From Octopus vulgaris (taxonomy: Eukaryota): a DNA stretch of 64,000 bases. Positions 30,498-43,787 of this stretch are shown in pieces (positions within the stretch are counted from its first letter, which is position 1; every line of letters starts with the position of its first letter). The stretch covers positions 69,564,001 through 69,628,000 of the forward strand of contig OX597819.1 in the NCBI GenBank assembly GCA_951406725.2, in the 5' to 3' direction. The notes under the pieces were generated by a model. It was not told the origin of the DNA and did no database searches. It saw nothing but the letters and a program-made list of their open reading frames with translations. The position numbers were made by a program, and so were the translations under genes.

Positions 30498-31340
30498 AAT
30501 TAAAATTTAAATGAGGGTGAAAAATTGGATAATAATTTGATAACATCAATTTTAACAGCAGTGGTCTAACATATAAAAAAACTGAGGTTCAGTAAATAGT
30601 ATTACATATATATAAGAGGGAATTTACCACCATGTGGAAACCCCTATGCTAGAAGAAGATCCGCTATGGTCTTACCACTAGGAATTGTTCTCTAGAAAAT
30701 TTAGCAAACATAGAAACGTAAGCGAGCAAGACAAATGAAAAGTAACAATTCTTAGTGGTAAGACCATAGCGGATCCTCTTGTAGCATAAGGGTTTCCACA
30801 TAGTGGTAAATCCCCTCTTATATGAATGTTATACCATTTACTGAACCTCAGCTTTTTTTTTATATGCTAGACCACTGCTGTTAAAATTGATGTTATCAAA
30901 TTATTATCCAATTTTTCACCCTCATTTTAATTTTGATTTAAAATTAATACGTTCTCAAACCGGCAAAGACTACTGCAGTGAATTATTTTATGCAGTATTA
31001 TTTCTGGAAAATTTAGCGCGCCAAAACGAAGACTTTTGAAAAATAACCACAAGTGTAATAGGTAGAACTGCATACATTTTCGACCTCGTGTTGATGTCTG
31101 GCGTGTAGTTCTGCAAATTATATTTGTATAGACGATCATACTGAACACCTACAGATAAATTATGTAAGTAAAATTGCGTAATTTGTTGATAGGGAAACAT
31201 TTGTTTATGATTCATCTATATTGTTGTTAATTTCATTTGTCTTGCTCGCTTACGTTTCTGGCGTTTGCTAAATTTACTAGAAAACAATTCTCAGTGGTAA
31301 GACAATAGCGGATTTTCTTCTAGCATAAGGGTTTCCTTCT
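30497..31340. mobile_element. Retrozyme-like element, 539-bp unit: + arm of ~1.1 units (30744-31336) joined head-to-head with an inverted arm (30497-30748), within (TA)n
   Basis: aacaattctYagtggtaagac at 30744 and 31283; ~240-bp inverted copy; hammerhead-like motif on the + arm. Confidence 0.85.
31135..31211 (+). ncRNA. Type I hammerhead-like motif, long stem II, G8C
   Basis: atcata CTGAACA ccta...(aaattatgtaa/ttgcgtaattt)...tagg GAAA catttg TT tatgat. Confidence 0.7.
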
Positions 31341-31346
31341 TATATG

Positions 31347-31473
<127 letters not shown>

Positions 31474-31593
31474 ACAATCAAGGAACGGCCATAATAGGCC
31501 ATTCACCCACTAGAAATAACAGCCAAAGCTTCAACCGCAAATAAAAGTTAATTCTGTAAACCAGGAGAAAATTTAAAAAACATTTACCCTGTA

Positions 31594-31700
31594 ATTTCTT
31601 ATACGATATACCGTTTCATCTGCTGATTAATGGTAAACTAACCTGATTAAATTAAATCAAGCCAATCTTCCACAGGCCCTCAGATTCATCAGTAAGAAAT
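31594..31700 (-). ncRNA. Intact type I hammerhead ribozyme with extended stem II
   Basis: minus: atttctta CTGATGA atctg-[58 nt]-cagat GAAA cggtatatcg TA taagaaat; 8-bp stem I, consensus core, near-palindromic stem III, GUA site, predicted cut between 31602 and 31601. Confidence 0.92.
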
Positions 31701-32191
31701 AGCCCAAGTCGGAACAGATATTTTCACGAGGCATTTCCGACCTTGCCAAGTTTATATCTGACCTAAAATTTTCAAATCGTCGCACTCGCGCCAAATTTAT
31801 CGGCAGCAAATAAATATAAGCCGTCGATTCCATTACGGAATTAACCAGAAAATTCATAATTAATCAATATAGGGTGGCAAAAAAATTTTGTAGAATTCTT
31901 TTGCCACCAGCGGCCTAGTAGGAAAAAATTAAATAGTCATAGACCATTTTTAAGTTTAACATCAACAATCAAGGAACGGCCATAATAGGTCATTCACCCA
32001 CTAGAAATAACAGCCAAAGCTTCAACCGCAAATAAAAGTTAATTCTGTAAACCAGGAGAAAATTTAAAAAACATTTACCCTGTAATTTCTTATAAATTTG
32101 GCGCGAGTGCGACGATTTGAAAATTTTAGGTCAGATATAAACTTGGCAAGGTCGGAAATGCCTCGTGAAAATATCTGTTCCGACTTGGGCT

Positions 32192-32298
32192 ATTTCTTAC
32201 TGATGAATCTGAGGGCCTGTGGAAGATTGGCTTGATTTAATTTAATCAGGTTAGTTTACCATTAATCAGCAGATGAAACGGTATATCTTATAAGAAAT
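32192..32298 (+). ncRNA. Second copy of the same hammerhead with one stem III substitution
   Basis: As above but ...tatatcTTA instead of tatatcGTA. Confidence 0.85.
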
Positions 32299-32520
32299 TA
32301 CAGGGTAAATGTTTTTTAAATTTTCTCCTGGTTTACAGAATTAACTTTTATTTGCGGTTGAAGCTTTGGCTGTTATTTCTAGTGGGTGAATGGCCTATTA
32401 TGGCCGTTCCTTGATTGTTGATGCTAAACTTAAAAATGGTCTATGACTATTTAATTTTTTCCTACTAGGCCGCTGGTGGCAAAAGAATTCTACAAAATTT
32501 TTTTGCCACCCTATATTGAT

Positions 32521-32607
<87 letters not shown>

Positions 32608-32608
32608 T

Positions 32609-32655
<47 letters not shown>

Positions 32656-32863
32656 AATAGATACGCACATAATATATTTATACGAATATATATATGTATG
32701 TATGCATGTATATATGTATACATATAGACACACACACTCACGCATACACATAAGCATATGCGAACATCATTTTGTTTACAGTATGTCATTTCCTTACATG
32801 CATGCAGAGTTATACCGCTATATTCATGCAACCTCAGTCAGGTTTACGAAACGTTCTTGTTTA

Positions 32864-33245
32864 CTGCTCTAGGCACAAGGCCCGAACGTTTTGGAGAGGG
32901 TCCGTCGATTAGACCCCAGTTCGCAACTGGTACTTAATTTATCGACCCCGAAAGGATGAAAGGCAAAGTCGACCTCGGCGAAATTTGAACTCATAACGTA
33001 ACGGCAGACGAAAAACCTATTTCTTTACTGCCCTCATGGGGCTACAAACAAAGGGGACAAACAGGGACAGACAAACGGATTAAGTCGATTATATCGACCC
33101 CAGTGTGTAACTGGTACTTACTTAATCGACCTCGAAAGGATGAAAGGCAAAGTCGAAATCGGCGGAATTTGAACTCAGAACGTAGCAGCAGACGAAATAC
33201 CGCGAAGCATTTCGCCTGGCGTGCTAAAGATTCTGCCAGCTCGCC
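32864..33245 (-). mobile_element. SINE family A dimer
   Basis: Matches 19236-19622. Confidence 0.9.
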
Positions 33246-33673
33246 GGTTTAGGAAGCGTAATTGTTAACCAATAGGCTATTATTTACGTCTTGAAGACAT
33301 GTAAGCATGAGGGTATATCGGCGTGTGTCTGCATGAGTGCATGCACACACATACACACACACACACACACAATACATGCGTGCGCACAGAAACACACACA
33401 CACACACACAAACCACGAGCGCGCAGACATACACAAACCACGAGTGCGCGCACACACATATATATATTAATATATTATGTATGTTTATGAATGTACGCGT
33501 GTGTATGTATGTGTGTGTGAAGGGTAAGATGGGAATTTACTTTTTCTGCCACCTGTAAATAATGAAGGAATTTGGTTAGAATACAAGAATTATAATTTAG
33601 CATTTATCGAAGAGCAAATGAAAGAGCATAGCACACAAATTAAATTACATCCTCGCATATACTCACCCACGAG

Positions 33674-33750
<77 letters not shown>

Positions 33751-34588
33751 AAACACACACACACACATATATATTTGTATATACATGCATAAATATGTAC
33801 ATACATACATGCGTAGAAACATAAAAACACATACGAACATACATATATATATACATATATACATGCATGCACGAATACATACATGCATACATGCATGCAT
33901 ACATACATGCAAACATACATACATGCATATATACATATATACATACATACATGCTTACATACATACATGCATGCATACAAACATACATACATGTATATAT
34001 ACATGCATACAAACATACATACATAAATGCATACATACATATCTGCATACATACATATCTGCATACATATATACATGCATGCATACATGCATATATACAT
34101 ATATACATGCATACGTACATACACACATGCATAGATACAACCAAAACATGAATACATACATACATACATACATACATACATACATACATACATACAAACA
34201 TATATACATACATACGTACATACATATATACATACACTTGTACATGCATACATGGAAAATGAAACACAAAAAGTCACGCGTTTGAATTTGTGTGTAGAGA
34301 GGCGAAGAGGAGGAAAAGAAAGAAGGAATGATAGAAACGCGAGAGTGGAAGCGAATTATCTGCGTCTCTGCTGAATTGAAAAGAATTTAATACGAAGAGC
34401 AGAGACTGTGTGAGGAACTAAAAAAAATATATTAAACCAAGATTGTGATAAGAGACTGACAGGCTGTGATTGTGCGAGAGAGTACATGTATGAGAGAGTG
34501 GCAGATAGAGATGAACGCTTAGAGAGAAACGAAAGGGAGATAGTTCGAGCAAGCGATCGATAGACAGATAGACTGAGTGACAGAGAAC

Positions 34589-34619
<31 letters not shown>

Positions 34620-34901
34620 GAGAGGGGGTGAAATAGAAGGAGAGAAAAGCGATATGCGGAGAGTCTGTGGGCGTGAATTATTGCGGTAAACATTCCTTTG
34701 ACATAAGAAGCTAACTGGCGAAGTGTAGGAAAGATTCAGGTCTTTGGTGTTTCTTGGAACTATGGTGGAAGCGGAAACTGACTTGTGATGCAGCGCGAAA
34801 ATAAAATAAAACAGTGGCTGTTCTTACAGAACCATGATCTAAAGTCTGACGTTTTTTTGTTTTATTTTTATATACATATATACATATATACATATACATA
34901 T

Positions 34902-34987
<86 letters not shown>

Positions 34988-35011
34988 GTATACATATGTA
35001 GGTATATATGT

Positions 35012-35045
<34 letters not shown>

Positions 35046-35084
35046 TTATATGTATATGTATATGTATATATATATATTTATATG

Positions 35085-35177
<93 letters not shown>

Positions 35178-36174
35178 TTGCTATTTGCAGTTCTTTCTTT
35201 GTGGCATGGTAAAATAAGACGCTACAAAGTTTCCATCGATGTGAACATTAACGATAGTCAGGGGAAAATAAAGTTAAACGAATTTTCAGAACTGGGAATA
35301 GAAATAGGATGGGAGTATGGATGGCATCAGGTGGAGAATTAAACGTTGAGCTTTGACTCTTGACGATCATCTACCATGAAGATGAACAATACTATCCAGG
35401 ACCGGAAGTCCTATATACAGGTAGGCATGATATTTGCACTATTGCACATAATTTGCACATAAGAGGGGACACTAAAATCGCTGACGTCAAATACTTGGCA
35501 CCAAATCGAGCTCATTATCCTAGGTGCGCTCCTTTGTTTTATGAAGCTATACAGTGACTGTAAAAGGGGTGTTTGAATAGCGTTTACGTTTTATTTTGCT
35601 TTATCCCAGGTTTTGGAATTCGACTGAGAACTATGAAAAATTTCCAACTATGAAATTCATTTAACATTTCTCATGAGAGCTTTATGTTTCTACAAAATAT
35701 ATGATCAAAAGAAAAGGAAGAGCATTCGTTAATAAAAAAACAACCTTTTTACCTGAGAGAAAAAAGGCAATTAGAACAAGATCGATAAAGTTTACGAAAG
35801 GACTAACGATAGAAAAACCTAGATTAGAGGGAGAATTACATATAAACTTAGATGTGTTTGGGAAAGGTGTCACATTTGACGTGTTCATGATGAGATTAGT
35901 CTTCAATCAATTCGTCAATATGAAGTATGAAAGGTGCATTGCCTGGGCTAAGGCAAGAGACGATGGAGGGGGACAATGAAATTGATAGTGTCGCTGGCTG
36001 AGTGAAGGCGATATCAGAGAATTCATTTTAATCTCTGTGTATTTTGGGCTCGACCTCAACTGCAGCAGATTTTGTATGATTCATCCAGAAGTTTAAGTAA
36101 TAGTGGCAGCGGTGGTGGTTGTACGTGCAGCGGTTGTGCGAGCTGTCTAGATAGCATCGGAAGTTGTCCTGTGG

Positions 36175-36378
36175 CTGGCAGAATCGTTAGCAAGCCGGCC
36201 GAGATGTTTAGCGGTACTTCGTTTATCTTTACGTTCTGAGTTCAAAATCAGCTGGGGTTAACTTTGCCTTTCATCATTTCAGAATCGATAAATTAAGTAC
36301 CAGTTGCGTACTGTGGTTGACGTAATTGACTGGCCCCTTCCAAAAAATTTCGAGCCTTGCTCTTAGAGTAGAAAAGAA
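36175..36378 (+). mobile_element. SINE family A
   Basis: gctggcagaatcgttagc...aagtaccagtt...tagagtagaaaagaat. Confidence 0.85.
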
Positions 36379-37022
36379 TATTTCTGTTTTCAGAAATGCC
36401 CCATTGCTCTGCTAATATTTCTGCTTTCAAAAATGCCCTGAGGCTCTGCTAATATTTCTGTTTTCAGAAATGTCCTGTTGCTCTGTTAATATTTCTGTTT
36501 TCAGAAATGCACCGTAGCTCTGTTTATATTTCTGTTTTCAGAAATGCCCTGTCGCTCTGCTAATATTTCTGCTTTCAGAAATGCCCTGTTGCTCTGCTAA
36601 TATTTCTGTTTTCAGAAATGCCCCGTTGCTCTGTTAATATTTCTGTTTTCAGAAATGCCCCATTGCTCTGCTAATATTTCTGCTTTCAAAAATGCCCTGA
36701 GGCTCTGCTAATATTTCTGTTTTCATAAATGCCCTGTTGCTCTGTTAACATTTCTGTTTTCAGAAATGCACCGTTGCTTTGTTAATATTTCTGTTTTCAG
36801 AAATGTCCTGTTGCTCTGCTAATATTTCTGTTTTTAGAAATGCCCTAATGCTGTGCTAATATTTCTGTTTTCAGAAATGCCCTGTTGCTCTGCTAATATT
36901 TCTGTTTTCAGAAATGCCCTGCTGCTCTGCTAATATTTCTGTTTTCAGAAATGCTCCGTTGCTCTGCTATTATTTCTGTTTTCAGAAATGCCCCATTGCT
37001 CTGCTAATATTTCTGTTTTCAG
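36377..37022. repeat. 37-bp minisatellite, ~17.5 units
   Basis: Unit aatatttctgttttcagaaatgccc(c/t)(a/g)ttgctctg(c/t)t, starting at 36377, 36414, 36451. Confidence 0.95.
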
Positions 37023-37800
37023 CGTTCTTGCTATCAATGTACTTTTTGGTTGTTATTGTTGTTGCCGATTATTTTTTTCACATTTATTGACGCCACCGTC
37101 ATTTCTGTTTCAGTTGACGCTGCCATTTATTGCAAGGTGGCGATGGCAGTTCTGGTTGTGGTCCTATCGCTCTGCCTTCTTTTGTTTACCTTGCCATTGT
37201 TTTAGGCATCATTTTCGCTGTCGCATTCCGCTCTCCATATGCATTCCCGTTCGTCTTATTATACTCCAATAATTTTGTATGAATTCAAATTGCGTTATGT
37301 GTGTGTGTATGTGTGTGCATATGTGTCTGCGTCTGTGTCTGTGTGAGAGACAGAGATAGAGAGAGTGTTTGTGTAAATTTGGCGCGCGTGTGAATGTGTT
37401 ATCGATCCAATAGTTATTAGATAATATTATCAGAAGGGAGTCTTTGACCTCTTACTGGTGTCTAGTAATTCTTGTGAACGTCGATGCGCTCCCATAGGGT
37501 ATCATTTGCTACAGTGCCTGTCTGAAGATAAAGTGATGTTTCTGACATAGACAGACATTTGTTTTCAAAACAGGAGACGCAGAATCGATCATTTACGTTC
37601 CAGGTACAATTTTGCAAGACATGATACGAAACAGTGATCTAATTATCATTGAATCTAGTCATTATGAAAATCGCACACCTTACACAGACAAAAGTATATA
37701 CACAGCGTTACAGAAGTTAATTACCTCAACTTTTACTACATATGTTACGTATATTTTTACACACACAAACACTCACAAACGCACACAAACATTCATACAC

Positions 37801-37843
<43 letters not shown>

Positions 37844-37854
37844 ATTGATACACA

Positions 37855-37903
<49 letters not shown>

Positions 37904-37972
37904 AGCGCGTTACAGAGAGAGAGAGAGAAGTAGTGATGAAGATAACACAATTAGGCTCTAAATATATCTACC

Positions 37973-38024
<52 letters not shown>

Positions 38025-38313
38025 TAAGATATAACTATCGACAAGAAGGTTAAAACGTACTCAATACCTAAACAACTGTGTCTCTTATGAATATGACAGC
38101 TGTCACTTCATATCTAATTATTTGTATTTCACGTTAGCGCCCCTCACACTAGTCATATCTATCTATCTGTCTGTCAATCTATCTGTCTGTTATCTATCTA
38201 TCTATCTATCTATCTATTTGTTTCTATTTATCTATCTATCTATCTATCTATTTATCTATCTATCTATGTATCTATCTATCTAACTATCTATCTATCTATC
38301 TATCTATCTATCT

Positions 38314-38968
38314 CGGTTCTGTTAATGGCTAGGCGTTCAGGCGAGTATACTGGCACTGATGTAGCAACATTCAAAATTTTGTCCCGGCGTATCTAGCTGA
38401 GGATGACTAAAGAAATTTATGTTAACAAACGTAATTTGGAGAGTTCTAAAGCTAGGTCCTAGATGATCCACATCTGGAATGTACATTTATCTAATGTTCT
38501 TCCTACAGGTAATATGAATATTTTTAATGTTCGCAGCCCGCAAACATCTTTGCGAGTATATATATATATATATACAGTCAGGCTTTACTACAGCGTCATA
38601 TATTATCGACTGTTATTTTCAGTAAAGATTGGTGCATTGTTGTACCACAATTCTAGATTTGTACCCTAAACTTATGGTGCTTTGTTTTATTGAAAAGCAG
38701 TACTATCGTATTGCACTATTTAAAAATTTTTTCACTGTTCTCGGTTATGTTAAAAGAGAGCATATTGGCACTGATGTAGCAGTGTCCAAAACTTTGCCTC
38801 CGATAAATCTAGCTGAGTGGAGCTAACCAAATTTACGTTAAAAAACGTATCTTGGAGAGCTTTAATACTAGGTCCTAGATTATCCACATCTGGGGTGTAC
38901 ATTTATCTAATGTTCTTCCTACAGGTAAAATTATTTTTCCATGTTCGCCGACCGGAAACATCTTTGCC
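38314..38968 (+). mobile_element. Retrozyme-like partial tandem, 416-bp unit, ~1.5 copies, with decayed hammerheads at 38391-38464 and 38807-38880
   Basis: atctag CTGAGGA ... long hairpin ... TAAA gctagg TC ctagat in copy 1; same layout in copy 2; another family member at 1-105. Confidence 0.72.
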
Positions 38969-38969
38969 A

Positions 38970-39039
<70 letters not shown>

Positions 39040-39042
<3 letters not shown>

Positions 39043-40341
39043 AGCAGAGATACCCGGCGTTGCCCGCTTACATTCAATTGAAGAATTAGACTTTTCTGTT
39101 ATATCTTCTGTAATGAACTGGAATATCTATGTTTCGAATTTCATCAAAATTGTAGATGAGGGTTATGTCCCCCTTTATACACCCTAAAAAAATTGTAATC
39201 GTGCTACATGTATCCCATACAACTGATTTTTATGCGCATATTCCAAAATTCCAGTCTTATTGAACCTGTTAAAAAGATTTTGCTCCTGAAAAATGAACGT
39301 CATGGAGCTCTAAAATGTGAGTATTAAGGCCCCTGTTGGGGTGGGCATCTTAATGTCAACCAGAGGAGTTGAATTGTTGAAAAGGTTTTAACTTGGGTCT
39401 TATCTATTGTTTGAATTTCTTTGAAATAGGAAATATATGTTCACTGGGATTGTAAAAGAGAGCAAAGCTACAGGAAACTAAAAGACGAATGATCACAATA
39501 AGCAGTCAGTTACCCTACCCTAGTCGTTACCACACCCAATGTAGGATTCCTCACCATCTAGGTGACAGGCACAGCCGTAAGATGCATTACGAATCTATAG
39601 CAATTGGAAGGGCGTGACCCAACTGAAATCAACATTAACAACTGTGTGACATGAGGGCTAAGAAGAAATTAAAGTGACACTTCTGGAGTTTGCAGATGAC
39701 CACTATGCTGATACGTAACTGGACAGAATAAATTTAAAATCTATAAATGTCTTTGAATAACCAGTCACTCATCTGGCAAGGCCTTGAAATCAATGTTACC
39801 ATCTGGGAACTATGTATGACCGAGTGATAATAAAAAGACTGAAAGGAAGTCTGCAATCAAATAACTTTACTCAACACATTGCAACTGAATCAGTGGAGGC
39901 AAAGATGCCTCGCATTTTTTTGACAATTTATGCAACACATTGCAGAAATCACAATGTAAGTGTATGTAAAAGCAAACTGTTACACTGTTGTACCATTGAA
40001 TTAGAAATAATGCCCAACTTTTATGCTTGGGTAACCCTACAGCTTCCAAGAGCACAACTGTATTCGTGTTTGCTTAAATAAAATGACAAAATTGTGCGTG
40101 TTAAGTCCCCATGTCGGGGTCTTTCTAACTTTGTAAGAAGATGAAATGTTATAAATATTACTTCATTTGTGTCTAATATCTCTGGTTAAAATTTCAGCAA
40201 AAATATATGAATTTTCATGGGGGCCCTTATGCATAGAAAATAATTTCCAAATTTCATAAAGATACATTCAGTACTTTTGACCTAGTTTGGATCATAAAAG
40301 AAATGACTAAAATTTGGGAGTTAAGGCTCCCATTAGAGTGT

Positions 40342-40345
<4 letters not shown>
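39040..40345 (-). mobile_element. Helitron-like non-autonomous element; right boundary uncertain
   Basis: actagcagagatacccggcgttgcccg is the reverse of the cggg-caacgc-cggg...gCTAG terminus seen at 62555-62583. Confidence 0.55.
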
Positions 40346-40413
<68 letters not shown>

Positions 40414-40416
40414 AAG

Positions 40417-40481
<65 letters not shown>

Positions 40482-40764
40482 CACACACACATACAAAGAT
40501 AAATTGATAGATACAACTGAGTGGGCAAACAAAAGTATGAGACACAGCCTACTGCTTTTTTTATGTTGATAAGCCTAGTACTTATTCTGTTAGTTTGTTC
40601 TAGTGAAACCAGTAAGTTATGTGGATGTAAATAAATGAACAGCAGTTGCGAAACAGTGATGAGGGTGAAACACAAAGACAAAGACACACACATACACTTA
40701 CATTTATACATACATATATATACGATTGATTTGTTTCAATTCCTGTCTACGAAATCCATATATA

Positions 40765-43457
40765 TTGTTGTTGACATCCTTGTTGTCTCGGGAGACAATG
40801 GAGTTGCGCATAAAATAATCTAGTCCAGCTTTTACATTTCATGCCCTAATACATCTCCTGCTGTGGCTATGTAGTCCTATCATGGACGAACATTCCCTCT
40901 GGCAGGTGCCGCAAATGTAGCGAAGACATTGCCTGGCTGGTTGTAATGTCATAGTTTCTTGTTGACGTCTTTTCTTGTCTTTCCATTTCTCCTTTCTCTC
41001 TATGTAACTTCTTTGTGTTCCCTCTTTTACGGTACGTCGCCAATCTCCACGGTTGCTGGCAAATGCTTCCCAGTTGGTAATATTGATGTTCCAGGCATTC
41101 ATGTCCCTTTTGCAAACGTCCTTGTATCGTAAGAACGGTCTTCCCACAGACCTAGTGCCCCTAGCAAGCTCTCCGTTGAGTATGTCCTTGGGGATTCTGC
41201 CATCTTCCATACGGCTAACATGTCCAAGTCATCTCATACGTCTCTGTGTGAGGAGTGCAAACATGCTTGGTATTCCTGCTTGCTTGAGGACATCTTTGTT
41301 GGGGACATGATTCTGCGATTTGATGCGAAGGATTTTCTGGAGGCAGCGCAGGTGAAAGATATTTAGGCGACGTATGGCGTCGTATGGCGTGTGTATGGCG
41401 TCCAAGTCTCACTTCCATACAGTAGAGTACTAAGTACACATGCCTGGTAAATCTTCATTTTTGTGGTCTTGGTCAGCTTATTGTTGTCCCATGTCCGTTT
41501 GGAGAGTTGGGCCATCACAGCAGCTGCCTTGCCAAGCGTATATTGAGCTCAGCATCAAGGGATAGGTTGTAGGTGACGGTAGAGCCAAGATAGGTAAACC
41601 TCTCCACCTCCTGTAGTCTGTGGTCTCCAATATGTATGTTTGGGATGTCCGATGTAACCTGACCCATGATGTTGGTCTTCTTGAGGCTGATAACCAAGCC
41701 AAAGTTGCCACATGCTTGCTCAAAACAGTTGATGAGCCTTTGTAGGGCTTCTTCTGTGTGTGATACCAGAGCGGCAACATCAGCAAATAGCATCTCCTTG
41801 ATCAGGACACTTCTGATTTTGGTCTTGGCACGCAGACGCGAGAGATTGAACAGTCTCCCATCACTTCTACTGTGCAGAAACAACCCATGATCTGATGTCT
41901 CAAAGGCATGTGACGGCAGCAGCGAGAAGATGACAAATAATGTAGGAGCAAGGACACAACCTTGCTTTATCCCGATTTTTATTTGGAAGCCGGCTGATGT
42001 TGAACCATTGTGTTGTATGGTGCCTTGCATATCATCATTGAAAGATTTGATGATCCTCAGCAGCTTTGGTGGACATCCGATTTTTTGGAGCAGGATGAAG
42101 AGGCATTTTCTACTTACCAAGTCAAAGGCCTTTGTCAGATCAATGAAGGCCATATATAATGGCATTTTCGGCTCTCTGGACTTCTCTTGAAGTTGGTGTA
42201 TGGAGAATATCATGTCAATAGTTGATCTGCTTCTTCTAAAGCGACAGTGCGATTCAAGATAAATTCGAGAAGCAAGCAGTTGTAGCCTGGACAGGATAAT
42301 GCCAGCAGAGGCCTTTCCAACAGTGCTTAGAAGAGATATTCCACGGTAATTGTTACGATCACCACGGTCACCTTTGATTTGTAAAGCGTAATGATGCTAG
42401 CATCCCGCATATCCTGAGGGACTGTACCCTCTTCCCAGCACTGACACAGAAGCTCATGAATGTGCCGAAGCAGGATGGTGTTTTTGCCGGTTTTGATGAT
42501 CTCTAAGGGTATGCCGTTTTTTCCCGGAGCCTTGTAACTCGCTAGGGAGTCAATAGACTTGGTGAGCTCTGCTATAGATGGCAGACTGTCAAGTTTACAC
42601 ATGACTTGCAAGATCTTGACACCCTCGATTGCAGCCTCAGCTACCGTGGTCTCTCGTCAGTACAGATCCTGGTTGTACTCTACCCATGTATCCATTTTCT
42701 TGCTTTGGTCCTTGATGAGATCCCCAGTAGTTGATTTCAGAGGGGCTGGCTTGGTTCCGGATGGACCGAGGGCCTTCTTTAAACCGGCATACATCCCACG
42801 GGTGTCGCCACTGTCAGCAGCTGACTGGATACTCTGACAGATTTCCTGTCAATAACTATTTGCACAGCGTCTGGCCGTCAGTTGGGTTTCATTTCTTGCC
42901 TTTCTGAGTTCTTCGTGTGACCTTGTTGAAGAATCACTCTTGTATTGCATCGGAGCTGCACGTTTTGCTTCGATAATTGTTTCCATCTCTGAGAGCCCAG
43001 CACTGAACAAAATCTGAGTTTTGCCTTTCTCTCATGCCGAAAGTATCAATTGATGTGGTATACAAAGCTTACCTGATATAATTCCACCTACTTTCAGCAG
43101 AGGAGGTTGGGCAGCTACTGAGGGCACCGTGATAGAAACAGCAAAACATTGTCGCAGTGTAGGGTCCGAGGTTCTGCCAGTGTGAATGCGTATTTGACCC
43201 ATTTTCTTGGAGTGATGGACATTTATAGGCAGAATCCTCACCCTGCTTCTTATTAGTGAATATGTATCACAATCCACGCTGTGGTAACTACGGATCAGAT
43301 GAGATCCAGCTGATGCCAGTGATGGGATCTTGGATGTCTCCAAAATGTCTTGTGGGATGTTTTGTTGGCAAAGAATGTGTTGGTGATGCGCGGGTTATGG
43401 TATGTGCAAAATTCAAGTAGTCTGTGACCATTGTCATTCATGTTGCCAATGCCAAAA
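40765..43457 (-). mobile_element. RTE-clade LINE, 5'-truncated, frameshifted (APE endonuclease end + RT + C-terminus)
   Basis: GNMNDNGHRLLEFC...NTFF..K..HKTFWRHPRSHHWHQLDLI; KAPG.NGIP.E; YMAFIDLTKAFDLVSR; GIKQGCVLAPTLF; EMLFAD; MEDGRIPKDILNGEL..G.RSVGRP.LRYKD; CxxC..HSR; 3' ccattgtctcccgagac..(caa)n. Confidence 0.95.
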
Positions 43458-43485
43458 CACATACACTTACATATATACATACATC

Positions 43486-43525
<40 letters not shown>

Positions 43526-43658
43526 TGAGAAAGTTGGTTTGTGAAAGCACGTGGTTGTAAGAAAACAATTTATAATATTCTTCAGACATATTGACTCAAA
43601 TATATATTTTTTAACCTTTTAAAACAAGCCTTCTGTAGTTTTTTCACTTTTTACTATT

Positions 43659-43689
<31 letters not shown>

Positions 43690-43694
<5 letters not shown>

Positions 43695-43738
43695 GATTGA
43701 TTGTTTCAGTTCCTGTCCACGAAATTCACACACGCACA

Positions 43739-43787
<49 letters not shown>

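Noticed and set aside
30670-30730. GAAACGTA suggesting a hammerhead on the antisense of the 539 unit
   Set aside because: No core upstream; the better motif is on the other strand at 31135
31657-31857. 66-aa ORF in the 491-bp unit
   Set aside because: No RT or GIY-YIG motif; length compatible with chance
36377-37022. Palindromic 37-bp repeats resembling a CRISPR array
   Set aside because: No unique spacers (only a few variable bases), eukaryotic context, no cas genes
37517-37575. cctgt CTGAAGA...acagg
   Set aside because: Simple hairpin without GAAA or NUH
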